A DNA stretch of 64,000 nucleotides, taken from IMG/VR virus record IMGVR_UViG_3300028840_001107; one strand, given 5' to 3'. The DNA is from a virus. Below the pieces are notes generated by a model. That model saw only the letters and a program-made list of their open reading frames with translations, had not been told where the DNA came from and searched no databases. Below are positions 32,219-41,220 of this stretch, one piece after another. Numbering within the stretch: the stretch's first letter is position 1; each line of letters opens with the position of its first letter. A program made the position numbers and the translations under genes.

Positions 32219-33652
32219 TTAGGAATCGTCCTCACCAGGAGTCTTGATGTCGTCATCAAAATCCCCCCTGGTGATTCTATGAAGTGCATCCGTTACGTTT
32301 CGATAACCCGACCAATCCCTGATCGGCTTTCCTTTGTTATACGCTACCATCACTGGTAACGGCCCAATGTCTTTATCGTCCGGAGGTTCTATAACCCTAA
32401 GACGATGATAGTAGTCTTGAGCTTTATCTATCTGGCTATTTAGTCGGTCCCAATACTCAGCTTCTTGGGAAGCTACGACGACTAGATGAGACCAATTAGG
32501 TTCTATCTCTTGGTTGGTACGAAGTATAGCTAGGACTTCCGTGGCGAGAGCGTTAACGTCGGCTGGCGTACCGTCTCTGCCTGGAGGTCCGGTAGTCTTC
32601 GCGATAAACTCTTGATCGTTCTTTAGAGCTTGAGATATAGCCGCCAAATGCTCAGCGGTGATCTGGCCGTCTTGTCCCGGTGGTCCCATAGCACCGTCCG
32701 CACCATTAGCTCCGGCAGGACCGCGAAACTTATCAGCGTTCTCTTCCATCTTCGCGTAGACTTCGTTAATGATACGTTCATAGTCAACGCTCACTTGTTG
32801 AGGAGGACAAATAACCGGCGGATCCACTGGAGGCGTATCGGGTATAGGATCTACTGGAGGTGGGTCCGGACACGGAGCTTGGTATTCGTAGATAGGTTGA
32901 CTAGTCTCTACACGTACTTGAGTTTGCGGAGGTTTCTTACAAGGGAATAGCATGTGGAAGAGACGACACTTACGGCGGACCATCCCGGTAGTTATGACGG
33001 TTACGTTTGTCTTAGATTCGTCAGCCGTTATAACGCCGACTAGACGTCCGGTAGAATTCCAAACCGGCCCTCCACTATCTCCTTGACTACAAGCCTTACT
33101 AACGGTCACGGCGGTAGCTTGATAGTCCTTAAAGTGCGAACGGTACTTATACCGTTGTATGGTTCTACCTCTCCAACAGAGAAAGCCTTTGCGGGGTTTA
33201 CCCCCAAGTCCAGCGCAGTTTAGGCTTTCTCCTATTTTGACGTCTACCGTCGAGACTCTAATTGGCTTAACGTTCGGCGTAGTCTCCGGGATGATACTAC
33301 AAACGTCATGCTCTTTGTAGAATTTGTGAACCTTACCCTTACACCGAAAGCCGGTAGCGGGAAAGTAGATATCAACCTTAGACCTGGGGCAGCCGCTTAC
33401 CACGTGCCACGCGGTCAGGATGGCGTACTGCTTCGTTACCGGAGAGTAGCACCAAGCCCCAGAGCCTAGAGAGTTATCTTGGGTTTGGATCCTACAGATC
33501 ATCGGAACTTTGTTGATCGTTACGCTGGTACGGGTCGATCCAACCTGGACCGTCGTGGTAGTCTGCGGACTACAGCTACCACCTACATCCCACTGGCCGT
33601 ATCCGGTTGACGGAATAAGAGCCAGCAACAGAATAGCCGCTATGCTTTTCAT
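32219..33652 (-). CDS. Secreted trypsin-like serine protease with Pro-rich linker, collagen-like G-X-Y repeats and C-terminal domain
   Basis: Signal peptide MKSIAAILLLALIPSTGYGQ. Catalytic triad context LTAWHVV (His83), KEHDVCSI (Asp116), SQGDSGGPVW (Ser193). PCPDPPPVDPIPDTPPVDPPVICPP linker. GPAGANGADGAMGPPGQDG (6 G-X-Y, nt 32666-32722) and GPPGRDG. Confidence 0.8.
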   Translation of the reverse strand: MKSIAAILLLALIPSTGYGQWDVGGSCSPQTTTTVQVGSTRTSVTINKVPMICRIQTQDNSLGSGAWCYSPVTKQYAILTAWHVVSGCPRSKVDIYFPATGFRCKGKVHKFYKEHDVCSIIPETTPNVKPIRVSTVDVKIGESLNCAGLGGKPRKGFLCWRGRTIQRYKYRSHFKDYQATAVTVSKACSQGDSGGPVWNSTGRLVGVITADESKTNVTVITTGMVRRKCRLFHMLFPCKKPPQTQVRVETSQPIYEYQAPCPDPPPVDPIPDTPPVDPPVICPPQQVSVDYERIINEVYAKMEENADKFRGPAGANGADGAMGPPGQDGQITAEHLAAISQALKNDQEFIAKTTGPPGRDGTPADVNALATEVLAILRTNQEIEPNWSHLVVVASQEAEYWDRLNSQIDKAQDYYHRLRVIEPPDDKDIGPLPVMVAYNKGKPIRDWSGYRNVTDALHRITRGDFDDDIKTPGEDDS

Positions 33653-33661
33653 GCTACGCTC

Positions 33662-34021
33662 CTAGCTTGGAAGAGTGTCGTTAAACTTTCGGACTAAACA
33701 GACTCGTTCCGGGTGTCTACCTTTTATGTCGGGTATCTTCGTAAAGTCGATAACTTCGTAGAGGTCGGTAACCGGCGATGGGAGGTCGGACTTACCGCCC
33801 TGGTAAAGTAGTGAGTGGTTCGTTATATCTCGGTCTACCCAAACGATTCCATCCGCTTCTTTCGTAGTAGAGAATAGGTCGATGTTTAAAGCTACGCCTA
33901 ACTCCCACCTAGCGTCTATCTCTACGGCGGTAGATACTGTCTGCTCCCCGAACTTGTTAAAGCTCGACTTAGCGTACAGCACCGCTTTCTCGTGTAGTGA
34001 ACTGATCTCTAGGTTAGGCAT
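33662..34021 (-). CDS. Head-tail adaptor / head closure protein candidate
   Basis: 119 aa ORF in the second position after the capsid module. Positional call only. Confidence 0.4.
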   Translation of the reverse strand: MPNLEISSLHEKAVLYAKSSFNKFGEQTVSTAVEIDARWELGVALNIDLFSTTKEADGIVWVDRDITNHSLLYQGGKSDLPSPVTDLYEVIDFTKIPDIKGRHPERVCLVRKFNDTLPS

Positions 34022-34025
34022 GGCT

Positions 34026-34439
34026 CTAGTCGTAAGCTGGGTCGTTGCTATCGTGGTCTTTGTAGTTAGTTCCTAGCCAGAGTACCTTGGCTCTCGTCTT
34101 CTGTTCTTGGTACGTCCGGAGTCTGCCCGTCGTATCCATCATCAGAGCAGCTTGGCCGTAGTAGTTAAGCTCGAAATACTTTCCCATCTCGCCTTGGAAC
34201 GTAGCTCCGCTTCTACCAGTGTTCTTAGACATGAACGGTTGGTCGCGGAGACTATAGAGCCAAGCGGAGAGATAAGTTTCAATGTCCTTTAGAACGTCGT
34301 CACTCAGCTCTCCGCTCGTATCCTGGGAAGAAAGCCAATCCACGAGCCTACTAGCCGGACCAATAAACGGAGTCATGTTAATGGAGTCTTCGGTCTCCAA
34401 GACTTGTTTTACTTCGGTAGGCGTAGTTCGGATCGCCAT
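34026..34439 (-). CDS. Head-tail connector (gp6-like) candidate
   Basis: 137 aa ORF downstream of the capsid gene. Positional call. Confidence 0.4.
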   Translation of the reverse strand: MAIRTTPTEVKQVLETEDSINMTPFIGPASRLVDWLSSQDTSGELSDDVLKDIETYLSAWLYSLRDQPFMSKNTGRSGATFQGEMGKYFELNYYGQAALMMDTTGRLRTYQEQKTRAKVLWLGTNYKDHDSNDPAYD

Positions 34440-34450
34440 GACTTACTTCC

Positions 34451-34759
34451 TTACGCAAGGTCTAACGCTGCTCGGATTGTATTGAGGATTTCCGCTTTCT
34501 TCGTAGCCGTCCCCAAGTCGATTTCTTCGTCAGCCGCGAACGCTTTGAGCTCCGCTACCGTCATGTTTTGTAAACCGTCGGCTACTTCGGTATCGAGCTT
34601 GTTAGTAGGAGCTTCTTCAGTAGCCGATGCTCCTTCAAGAATCCGCACGAACTTGTTAGCCATGATTTTGTCGAGAGGTTTATCGGTCTCTACAATGTCG
34701 CCTTTTTGAAAGACCTTACCATCTTGACTGTGGTTGCCGCCCAGTACTCTAAACTTCAT
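34451..34759 (-). CDS. Hypothetical protein with C-terminal SAP/Rho-N-like helix-extended-helix motif
   Basis: MTVAELKAFAADEEIDLGTATKKAEILNTIRAAL resembles Rho termination factor N-terminal / SAP-type motifs. Confidence 0.5.
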   Translation of the reverse strand: MKFRVLGGNHSQDGKVFQKGDIVETDKPLDKIMANKFVRILEGASATEEAPTNKLDTEVADGLQNMTVAELKAFAADEEIDLGTATKKAEILNTIRAALDLA

Positions 34760-34782
34760 GCCGCTATCCTTTGAGAGAGTAG

Positions 34783-34820
34783 ATAAAAGGCCAGGGCTAA
34801 ACCCGAAAGCCTAGCCCTGG
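34783..34820 (-). terminator. Rho-independent terminator after the major capsid gene
   Basis: CCAGGGCTA/TAGCCCTGG 9 bp stem (34791-34799 / 34812-34820), followed on the minus strand by CCTTTTATCT. Confidence 0.65.
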
Positions 34821-34843
34821 TCCCGTCCGATGGAGAACCACTC

Positions 34844-35998
34844 CTACGAAGTGGTACCGTGAATGATTCCGCTCTTGCCGTTGTAGTCGGCTCGTATCTG
34901 CGGAACCTTGATCGCCATCACTTTGAAGTTGACTCTCATACCGCCCTGGGACTCCCATTGGACCGTAGTAAGTTCCATACCGTTAACGGCACGGGCTACG
35001 TCCGAAGTCATCTGGACGAGAAGGAGAGTAAACGTATTCGTCAAGAAGTCCAAACGGCGAACGTCTTGAATACCGTCGATCGCACGAAGACGATTACGCA
35101 ACGTTTGGGTAGGAGTCCCAGACGTGATATAATAATCGTTATCCATGTACGTGTCCCAGTCGCTCGAATGGTAGAGCATATAAGGTCCGTACATGTAGTT
35201 ATCGTACGCCAGCTGTCGCATCGCCAAAACTTCGGCCAACGTCGTATTCGAGTTGGTACCAGTCGGCGTTGTGATATCGGTCTTGGTCGTACGTTGCGGG
35301 TGCGTCGTATAACCGTAAACCTTCGGCGTTTGTCCGTAGTCGGAGGTGTTACCGTATTGAACGCCAGCGTTAATACCGATGAGCGTTTTCTCGATAGCTT
35401 CGGCAACACGACGTCCTGCGGCTTCGGCCATAGTCGAATCCAACGGCGTACCGGTGTTTCGGCTAACGGCTAAACGACGACTAGAGAACCAAAAGTCAGA
35501 GTGAGTAATAGGAAGCGGCAAACCTTCCAGCTGGAAGACGGGCGCATCCGTACGTCCCGGAGTCAGACCGTCCATATCGACGACGGCTTCACCCGGATCA
35601 CTCATCGTTTCGTGTTCCAGAATCATCTTCGACATACCGTTGAATCCGCCAAACGAATTGCGGGCTTCAAGGTCAGACCATGCGCGGAATCGTTGACGAG
35701 CAGCCTTCATGACTACTTGGTCGAACATCTTCCACTCGTCTTTACGGAGAGCGGTAGCGTTGATAACAAACTCCGGAACACCGTAGTCAATCATATCGCG
35801 TACGAGACGATTTTGGTAAACCGGTTTGCCGTCGTCGCCAACTCTACCCGTATTGACCGTGACGTATTTGCGTCCATCCTTTCCGACGAACGGACGTAAG
35901 AGCGTAGGCTCAAAACGACATCCGGCTAGTTGTTCGCCTACGTCGCCATGACCCGCTCCATTGAGAACGTAATCAGTAAACATTGAATAAACCTCCAT
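34844..35998 (-). CDS. Major capsid protein (HK97 fold, encapsulin-like/DUF2184-type)
   Basis: LRKDEWKMFDQVVMKAARQRFRAWSDL and LPLPITHSDFWFSSRRL mirror the encapsulin/linocin-like capsid motifs. It sits after the scaffold and decoration genes and is followed by a terminator. The true start is probably the ATG at 35983 (MFTDY), preceded by GGAGG. Confidence 0.8.
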   Translation of the reverse strand: MEVYSMFTDYVLNGAGHGDVGEQLAGCRFEPTLLRPFVGKDGRKYVTVNTGRVGDDGKPVYQNRLVRDMIDYGVPEFVINATALRKDEWKMFDQVVMKAARQRFRAWSDLEARNSFGGFNGMSKMILEHETMSDPGEAVVDMDGLTPGRTDAPVFQLEGLPLPITHSDFWFSSRRLAVSRNTGTPLDSTMAEAAGRRVAEAIEKTLIGINAGVQYGNTSDYGQTPKVYGYTTHPQRTTKTDITTPTGTNSNTTLAEVLAMRQLAYDNYMYGPYMLYHSSDWDTYMDNDYYITSGTPTQTLRNRLRAIDGIQDVRRLDFLTNTFTLLLVQMTSDVARAVNGMELTTVQWESQGGMRVNFKVMAIKVPQIRADYNGKSGIIHGTTS

Positions 35999-36037
35999 GA
36001 GGGTTTTGGTTATAGTCCGTGGCGAGACCAGCGAACA

Positions 36038-36517
36038 TTAATAGCCGGTAAACATACTCCAGACGAGCGCATCGGCGGTCAACGCGGTTTGGGCTTCCAG
36101 GCAGATGAACGGTTCGCTTTCCGGCGTACCGGTAGTTGCGACGAGCTTACCCGTTCCATCGTCTACCATCATGATGTCGGCAACAGCAAACGCATCGGAC
36201 GTACCGGAGATATTAGCGTAGAGCATGTTAAGCTCTTCGCCAGCGATAGGTACGTACAGGAAGCATCGCGTAGCCGTAACGTACGCGGTAGAGGCTAGCT
36301 GCCCGCTAAGAGCGTCAGGAAGCAGAACCGCGATAAGTCGTTGGTTGCCGTCGGCGGCAGCGTTATAGACTTCCCACGTATGCTTTCCGCTAGCATCTGC
36401 GGCGGTTGCCGCTTTAACTTGCATCACAGTACCAGGCTTCGGAGTACCGCTGACGATACCCTCAATAAACCTTCCTTGCGGTTCGGCACTGACGATGATT
36501 TCATTTCCTTTAGCCAT
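36038..36517 (-). CDS. Capsid decoration/cement protein candidate (DUF2190-like)
   Basis: 159 aa Ala/Gly-rich ORF between the scaffold/protease and capsid genes. Positional plus compositional call. Confidence 0.45.
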   Translation of the reverse strand: MAKGNEIIVSAEPQGRFIEGIVSGTPKPGTVMQVKAATAADASGKHTWEVYNAAADGNQRLIAVLLPDALSGQLASTAYVTATRCFLYVPIAGEELNMLYANISGTSDAFAVADIMMVDDGTGKLVATTGTPESEPFICLEAQTALTADALVWSMFTGY

Positions 36518-36564
36518 TGATTATATCCTCCAGGAAGATGGCTTGGGTCTAGTAACTCCGTTGA

Positions 36565-37782
36565 CTACTCGTCAGTATCAGCCCAGTTGATAGTGGGCGG
36601 AATCAACGGTTCAGTTTCTTCGTTCTGGTTCGCTACTCCTCCGGTAGGAGCAGGAGTCGACGCCCCAAGATAGTTCGCGATGGTCGGCTTGGCTTCCGGC
36701 TTGGCGAGTTTCGCCATACCTTGAAGGGTATCGACGTCCATGGCTTCCAGTTGATCTTTTGAGAACGGGTTTGTCTCGTTCTTCGTAATGACTTCGATAG
36801 CGTCAGCTTTCGCTTTCTGCTCCATCTGTACGGCGTTCGCTACCGTTCGGCGTACCGACTCCGGAGCACTCGCAAACCATTCGTCTTCGGTCTGAGGAGC
36901 AGGCGGACTAGCCGGAGCTTTGTTAACTGTCGGCTTGACTTCCGGCGGTTTCTCCTCTTTCTTCTTCACGTCAAACTCTCCTTTGGAATTGACGACCACT
37001 TTGATGGTCTTATCTTCGAAGCCTTTACGCGCAGCGTTAGCTACTTCAACTGCTTCGTTGGAACGAGTAACGTGCTCGTTCAGCGTTTGAAGCTTCTCTT
37101 CGGACATACCGTTGAGAATCTCCTTGTCGTCTTCGCTCCAGCAATCGCAGTTGGCGATAAGCGAAGCAATCAAGTCCTCTTTCTTACCCATGAGAGTATT
37201 CTCCTTTGTTGGGTCGGTTTCTTTCTTATTTATGAGAACTCCGCAGCCATCCTTCAGAGAACAAGCTCCAAGTTGGTCTGGGAGGATAGCTAGATGATCA
37301 GGTCGGTAGTTCGTAGCTATAGCCTTGTAGGTTTTGCTTGCGTATACGCCAGGCTTTTCTTTCTGGTCGAGACCTAGCCCAGTACTTAACTCGATAGGCG
37401 TATTGTTCGTCAGAGAATCGTATACTCTGCTATCAACTCTCTGAACGTGCTCTACGTCGAACCAACCTTCAGCTTGAAGCTTTCCGCTACCGTCCTGGGA
37501 AAGATGAGCGTTTAGAATAACGCCGATGCCTTGTTTATTGAGAACTTCGGGAGTCCTAGCCGATACCGCTTTGCCTTCCTTCACCGGATGGTAGACGACG
37601 ATAGGGATATGATCCCAAGAGCGGTAGTTAGCTGATATCTCCTCAGCGGGATAGTATAGCGGTCCATCGCTACCGGCTAGTACGCCAGGAACGATCATCG
37701 TAAGCGGAGCTACGATGTATTCCCTACCGCCCATCGTCTCTCGACGGATAGTACCGGTAAAGTTAGCAACCAAGGTTTCCAT
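36565..37782 (-). CDS. Prohead protease/scaffolding protein candidate (DUF2213-like)
   Basis: The N-terminal domain (GREYIVAPLTMIVPGVLAGSDGPLYYPAEEISANYRSWDHIPIVVYHP) resembles DUF2213. The C-terminal half is a charged, helical, Pro/Ala-rich scaffold-like region. Confidence 0.55.
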   Translation of the reverse strand: METLVANFTGTIRRETMGGREYIVAPLTMIVPGVLAGSDGPLYYPAEEISANYRSWDHIPIVVYHPVKEGKAVSARTPEVLNKQGIGVILNAHLSQDGSGKLQAEGWFDVEHVQRVDSRVYDSLTNNTPIELSTGLGLDQKEKPGVYASKTYKAIATNYRPDHLAILPDQLGACSLKDGCGVLINKKETDPTKENTLMGKKEDLIASLIANCDCWSEDDKEILNGMSEEKLQTLNEHVTRSNEAVEVANAARKGFEDKTIKVVVNSKGEFDVKKKEEKPPEVKPTVNKAPASPPAPQTEDEWFASAPESVRRTVANAVQMEQKAKADAIEVITKNETNPFSKDQLEAMDVDTLQGMAKLAKPEAKPTIANYLGASTPAPTGGVANQNEETEPLIPPTINWADTDE

Positions 37783-37878
37783 AGCGTTCTCCTTACTACT
37801 ATTATGGTTCTTCTTACTTGATATAGCTAGGTCGATATAGGCTGCGTAGAGTGGATAGAAAGAAAGTAGGTTTAAGGC

Positions 37879-38133
37879 TTACGACCTACCGTCATACGGA
37901 CTTTGCAAGAGTCTTACGTGTTGGTAATGTACCGACCTATTGAGGAGAACGCAAACAATGTTTTCTCCCTTAGGTTTTAGCTTAGTACGTATCGAGGATA
38001 CGTGTCTATAGACCGTTCCTCTTTCAGAGCTAGGTCCGCAACAAGCGTGTAGCTCTTTGCGGCGGTGAGGTCTACCATCACTAAGTATCTCTAGCATCTT
38101 CTTCTCCGTAGGAGTAAATTTAGTGCCGCTCAT
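37879..38133 (-). CDS. Stand-alone OmpR/PhoB-type winged-helix DNA-binding protein
   Basis: FTPTEKKMLEILSDGRPHRRKELHACC...RGTVYRHVSSIRTKLKPKGENIVCV aligns with the trans_reg_C pattern LTp.EfkLLelL...pgrv.sre.L......d.r.vdvhI..LRkKL. Confidence 0.6.
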   Translation of the reverse strand: MSGTKFTPTEKKMLEILSDGRPHRRKELHACCGPSSERGTVYRHVSSIRTKLKPKGENIVCVLLNRSVHYQHVRLLQSPYDGRS

Positions 38134-38315
38134 TTTTCCTCCTGCTTAAGTTTCTCCATATAACGGTCTGCTATATCCATCGCTTCGTCGTGAGTAGCTT
38201 GTTCGTCTCTAGCTGCGAAGTAGCCGAAGAACCAACGTTCTTCATCTCCGACCCAAGCTTTAGCTCTTAACGCAGTTTGTAAAGCTACTCGTTTTGTTTC
38301 TAGTGTAGAAGGCAT
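38130..38315 (-). CDS. Hypothetical protein (61 aa)
   Basis: ORF track. 4 nt overlap with the downstream gene and 1 nt with the upstream gene. Confidence 0.5.
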   Translation of the reverse strand: MPSTLETKRVALQTALRAKAWVGDEERWFFGYFAARDEQATHDEAMDIADRYMEKLKQEEK

Positions 38316-39700
38316 TAGTAAAGCCTCATTAGTTCGTGTACGATCTTACGGGCTACCCTCGACATAGCAGCTGGGCTCTTAGCAGAGGCTAGAAGAGATA
38401 CAGCTACAGAGCCTACCGGTAACCCTGGAACGGTAAAGTCTCCGATAGTCGCAGCGGTTAGAGCCATCTTGGCTACGGTAGGAGACACGCCTGCTTCCTT
38501 GGCTATTTCCGTAGCTAGGGTAGGTCCAAGATTACCGGCCTTGATAGCTAAACTAGCATGACGTTTAGCTTGGCTCTTTAGGCTTTCTCCTACTAGAGCT
38601 TTAGGACGTACTTTGGAAACGCTAAGATCGGCACCGTACCAACTAGACTTCTTCCTACCGATGGCTAAACGTTCTTTCTTGGTAAGTTTTCGCTTACCCT
38701 GCTTTATCGTACGTGGATCCTTTGGATCGTATTTAGGAGCTTCGGCGGTCAACGACTTATCCTTGGCTCGTTCAATACGTGCCTTAGACTTACGTTGGGA
38801 TAGTTTCTTCTTCTCTCCGACGTTAGCCGGTATCCAAGCGCAGCGGCAGTTAGGATGACGCGGTAACATACCACGAGCTTCTTTGAGCTTTAGCGTTACG
38901 CCGTCTAGAGGTAGGCAGAGTTGACAAACTCTATCGTCTCCAGTAGAAGACCATTCGACTAGTACGCCTAGCTCCTCTACGCCCAGCTTCTCTAGGGCAT
39001 CTAGTTGGCCTTCGGCGTGCGCTCGTATAGTCTCCGTCCTAGCTATCGTCCTAGCTCGTGTCGCTCCTATCTTGTCTACGGTACGGTTAAGCTCTCTAGC
39101 TACCTTACGGGGTGAGTCTCCGCGTATGATACCGTCTGTAAGCGTACGTCGCATCTGAGTAGCCATAGTAGCCGTTACGTTTACTAAGTCCGTATAGGCT
39201 CTGGAGGCTAAGAGTCTTACCTTGTCGGCGGAGACTGCTCGGTCAAACGCACTACGTAGAAACTCCTGTTTGGAACCTAGGTAGAAGTCAGCCGTAGAAG
39301 CATCCTGGGCGTAACCTTTACGATAGTCATCGAAAGCTCTGGCCTTTCCTTTCTCGTGAGCTTCTTCGATGTAGTTAGTCATCCAGTTATCGCCGGATAC
39401 GTTACTACCAATGACTCCTTCGTTAGACTGTTGAAGAACCCAGTCGTGGAACGCTTCTACACCTTCGCTATCGCTGCGAAATTGCCAGCGGTTAGTTACG
39501 GGCGTACGCCTAGAGCGTAAGCCTAGAGCATCTTCGTCGATAATAAGTTTGAGGATCTGTCCTTTGAGTAGACGAAACCTCTTATTCATTTCCCTTACGA
39601 AACGCTTTCGGAGCATCACCGTTCTTGTCGGATCCACCTTCAGCGGGTTTACCCTTCGGGGTTTCTTTGGCTTTCTTTCCGAACGGGTTATTGTCGCCAT
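38315..39700 (-). CDS. Head morphogenesis protein (SPP1 gp7 / Mu F family) with long C-terminal extension
   Basis: RTIARTETIRAHAEGQLDALEKLG...EWSSTGDDRVCQLCLPLDG...PRHPNCRCAWIP is the family signature. The start is ambiguous: 39700 overlaps the portal gene by 119 nt, and the alternative ATG at 39589 follows AAGGGAA. Confidence 0.85.
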   Translation of the reverse strand: MATITRSERKPKKPRRVNPLKVDPTRTVMLRKRFVREMNKRFRLLKGQILKLIIDEDALGLRSRRTPVTNRWQFRSDSEGVEAFHDWVLQQSNEGVIGSNVSGDNWMTNYIEEAHEKGKARAFDDYRKGYAQDASTADFYLGSKQEFLRSAFDRAVSADKVRLLASRAYTDLVNVTATMATQMRRTLTDGIIRGDSPRKVARELNRTVDKIGATRARTIARTETIRAHAEGQLDALEKLGVEELGVLVEWSSTGDDRVCQLCLPLDGVTLKLKEARGMLPRHPNCRCAWIPANVGEKKKLSQRKSKARIERAKDKSLTAEAPKYDPKDPRTIKQGKRKLTKKERLAIGRKKSSWYGADLSVSKVRPKALVGESLKSQAKRHASLAIKAGNLGPTLATEIAKEAGVSPTVAKMALTAATIGDFTVPGLPVGSVAVSLLASAKSPAAMSRVARKIVHELMRLY

Positions 39701-41210
39701 TAGACTCTCCTTGCTCTCTTTCGAAGGTAGCTTGGCTTTGCTCTAATTGCTGCTGTTCGAGTAGCTCCGCCGTAGTTGGTTCTTGCTCTTCAACGTACTC
39801 TGCCGTAGCGTCGATAATCTCTTTGGCTTCGTCTTCTTCGATACCTAGGATCTTAGTCAGAAACATCTCAGGTTCTATGAGGTTATCTCCGTTGCCTCCG
39901 ACGTACTTGACGATAGCTTCGGTCTTACGAGCAGCGATTTCAACTTGATCCTTCGGGCGTAGTTCGTCGAGATCAGGCCATTCGATGTGGTATTCCTCTT
40001 TAGGTTCTTGAAGAACGCCTAGCATGATTAGTCGATCAATAAAGGGTACGATGATACGTGGAGTTACGTAGTTCTTCTGTCTACCAACTAAACGCTCGTT
40101 CCACGTGTCTTTGTCTTGACCGCTAGAGAGTTCTCCGCGTTCGCTACCCATAAAGACTCTCTTAGGGATACCTAACTTGATACAGATAGCCTCTAGTATC
40201 TTGTCGATCTGGGCTGAAGGATCTACCACCTGCGGAGCTAACGTCTTAACTTGAGTACCGGCTACGGCTAGGTGACGTTGAAGACCATCCTTATAAGCCA
40301 TGACCGCTTCTCGTACGCCCTCTAGAGAATCGTCGGACCAATCGGCACCTAGCTGAGGATGCGTCTCGAACGCTAAACCCGGCAACGCTCCTAGCCAATA
40401 CATCTCCGCTGATCCAGCGTAGAGCTTTTGGAGGTCTTGGAGACGATTGAATACCGGACGCATTCTAGGTACGGCAAAGACTTCGCTACTCTCTAGAGTA
40501 TCTGCTACGTGGAGTACTCTAGTCCAATGAACGTTAACGGTCTCCGAAGGTTCGAATGCTACGACGTCGGAAACCTTCGAAGGATCGGAGAACTTTAGAT
40601 TGTAGGACGTCGGTTTACCGTATCGAGGTAGGCTTGGATCCGTTTCGAACGCAGCGATAGACGCTAGATGGTTACTAAAGCAACGTAGGAACGTTACCTT
40701 GTGGGCGTTACCTTCTACCGGTTCGTTGAGGGGTTTACCGTCGTCTAGTCCTAAGAGGAGTACGCCGTAGTAGCCGATACCGCTTAGTTTGTCGACTCTC
40801 CCTAGGTACTCCCATACGGGATTACCAGCTTCGTCTCCATACCAAGATTCTTCGCCTAGTAAACCTCTACAGAATTCTGTCCAGGACTCTTCAAACGACG
40901 TAGATGAATCTGGGTCTTCATCTTCGTAGATACTAGGTTGCACCTTCCACGTTTCTTCAGGAAGTACTTCGACGACTCGTTGGGCTATTCCTTCGGCGTC
41001 ATACATCGTCTGGTAGTGCTCTAGCGTTAGATCGGACACGCGGGTATATCCGCATTCAGCGTCGATGTCCCGCCTAGCGTCTAAGAGACGATTCATATAG
41101 TTCGAACGTTGAGTCATAGCATTGGCTATAAGCTCATCGACGACTAGCCGACGTTCTTTCAGTTCTTGATCTTTCTTCGCTAACTGGTTCTTTGTTATTC
41201 GAGTAGCCAT
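39582..41210 (-). CDS. Portal protein
   Basis: 542 aa ORF between TerL and the Mu F-like gene, with an acidic/low-complexity C-terminal tail. Consistent with DUF1073-type portals. Confidence 0.8.
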   Translation of the reverse strand: MATRITKNQLAKKDQELKERRLVVDELIANAMTQRSNYMNRLLDARRDIDAECGYTRVSDLTLEHYQTMYDAEGIAQRVVEVLPEETWKVQPSIYEDEDPDSSTSFEESWTEFCRGLLGEESWYGDEAGNPVWEYLGRVDKLSGIGYYGVLLLGLDDGKPLNEPVEGNAHKVTFLRCFSNHLASIAAFETDPSLPRYGKPTSYNLKFSDPSKVSDVVAFEPSETVNVHWTRVLHVADTLESSEVFAVPRMRPVFNRLQDLQKLYAGSAEMYWLGALPGLAFETHPQLGADWSDDSLEGVREAVMAYKDGLQRHLAVAGTQVKTLAPQVVDPSAQIDKILEAICIKLGIPKRVFMGSERGELSSGQDKDTWNERLVGRQKNYVTPRIIVPFIDRLIMLGVLQEPKEEYHIEWPDLDELRPKDQVEIAARKTEAIVKYVGGNGDNLIEPEMFLTKILGIEEDEAKEIIDATAEYVEEQEPTTAELLEQQQLEQSQATFEREQGESNGDNNPFGKKAKETPKGKPAEGGSDKNGDAPKAFRKGNE

Positions 41211-41220
41211 AACGATCTCC

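Noticed and set aside
34859-35473. 204 aa plus-strand ORF and 122 aa minus-strand out-of-frame ORF (35041-35409) within the capsid gene
   Set aside because: Both are Arg-rich and low-complexity, with no RBS, and they overlap a well-supported major capsid ORF.
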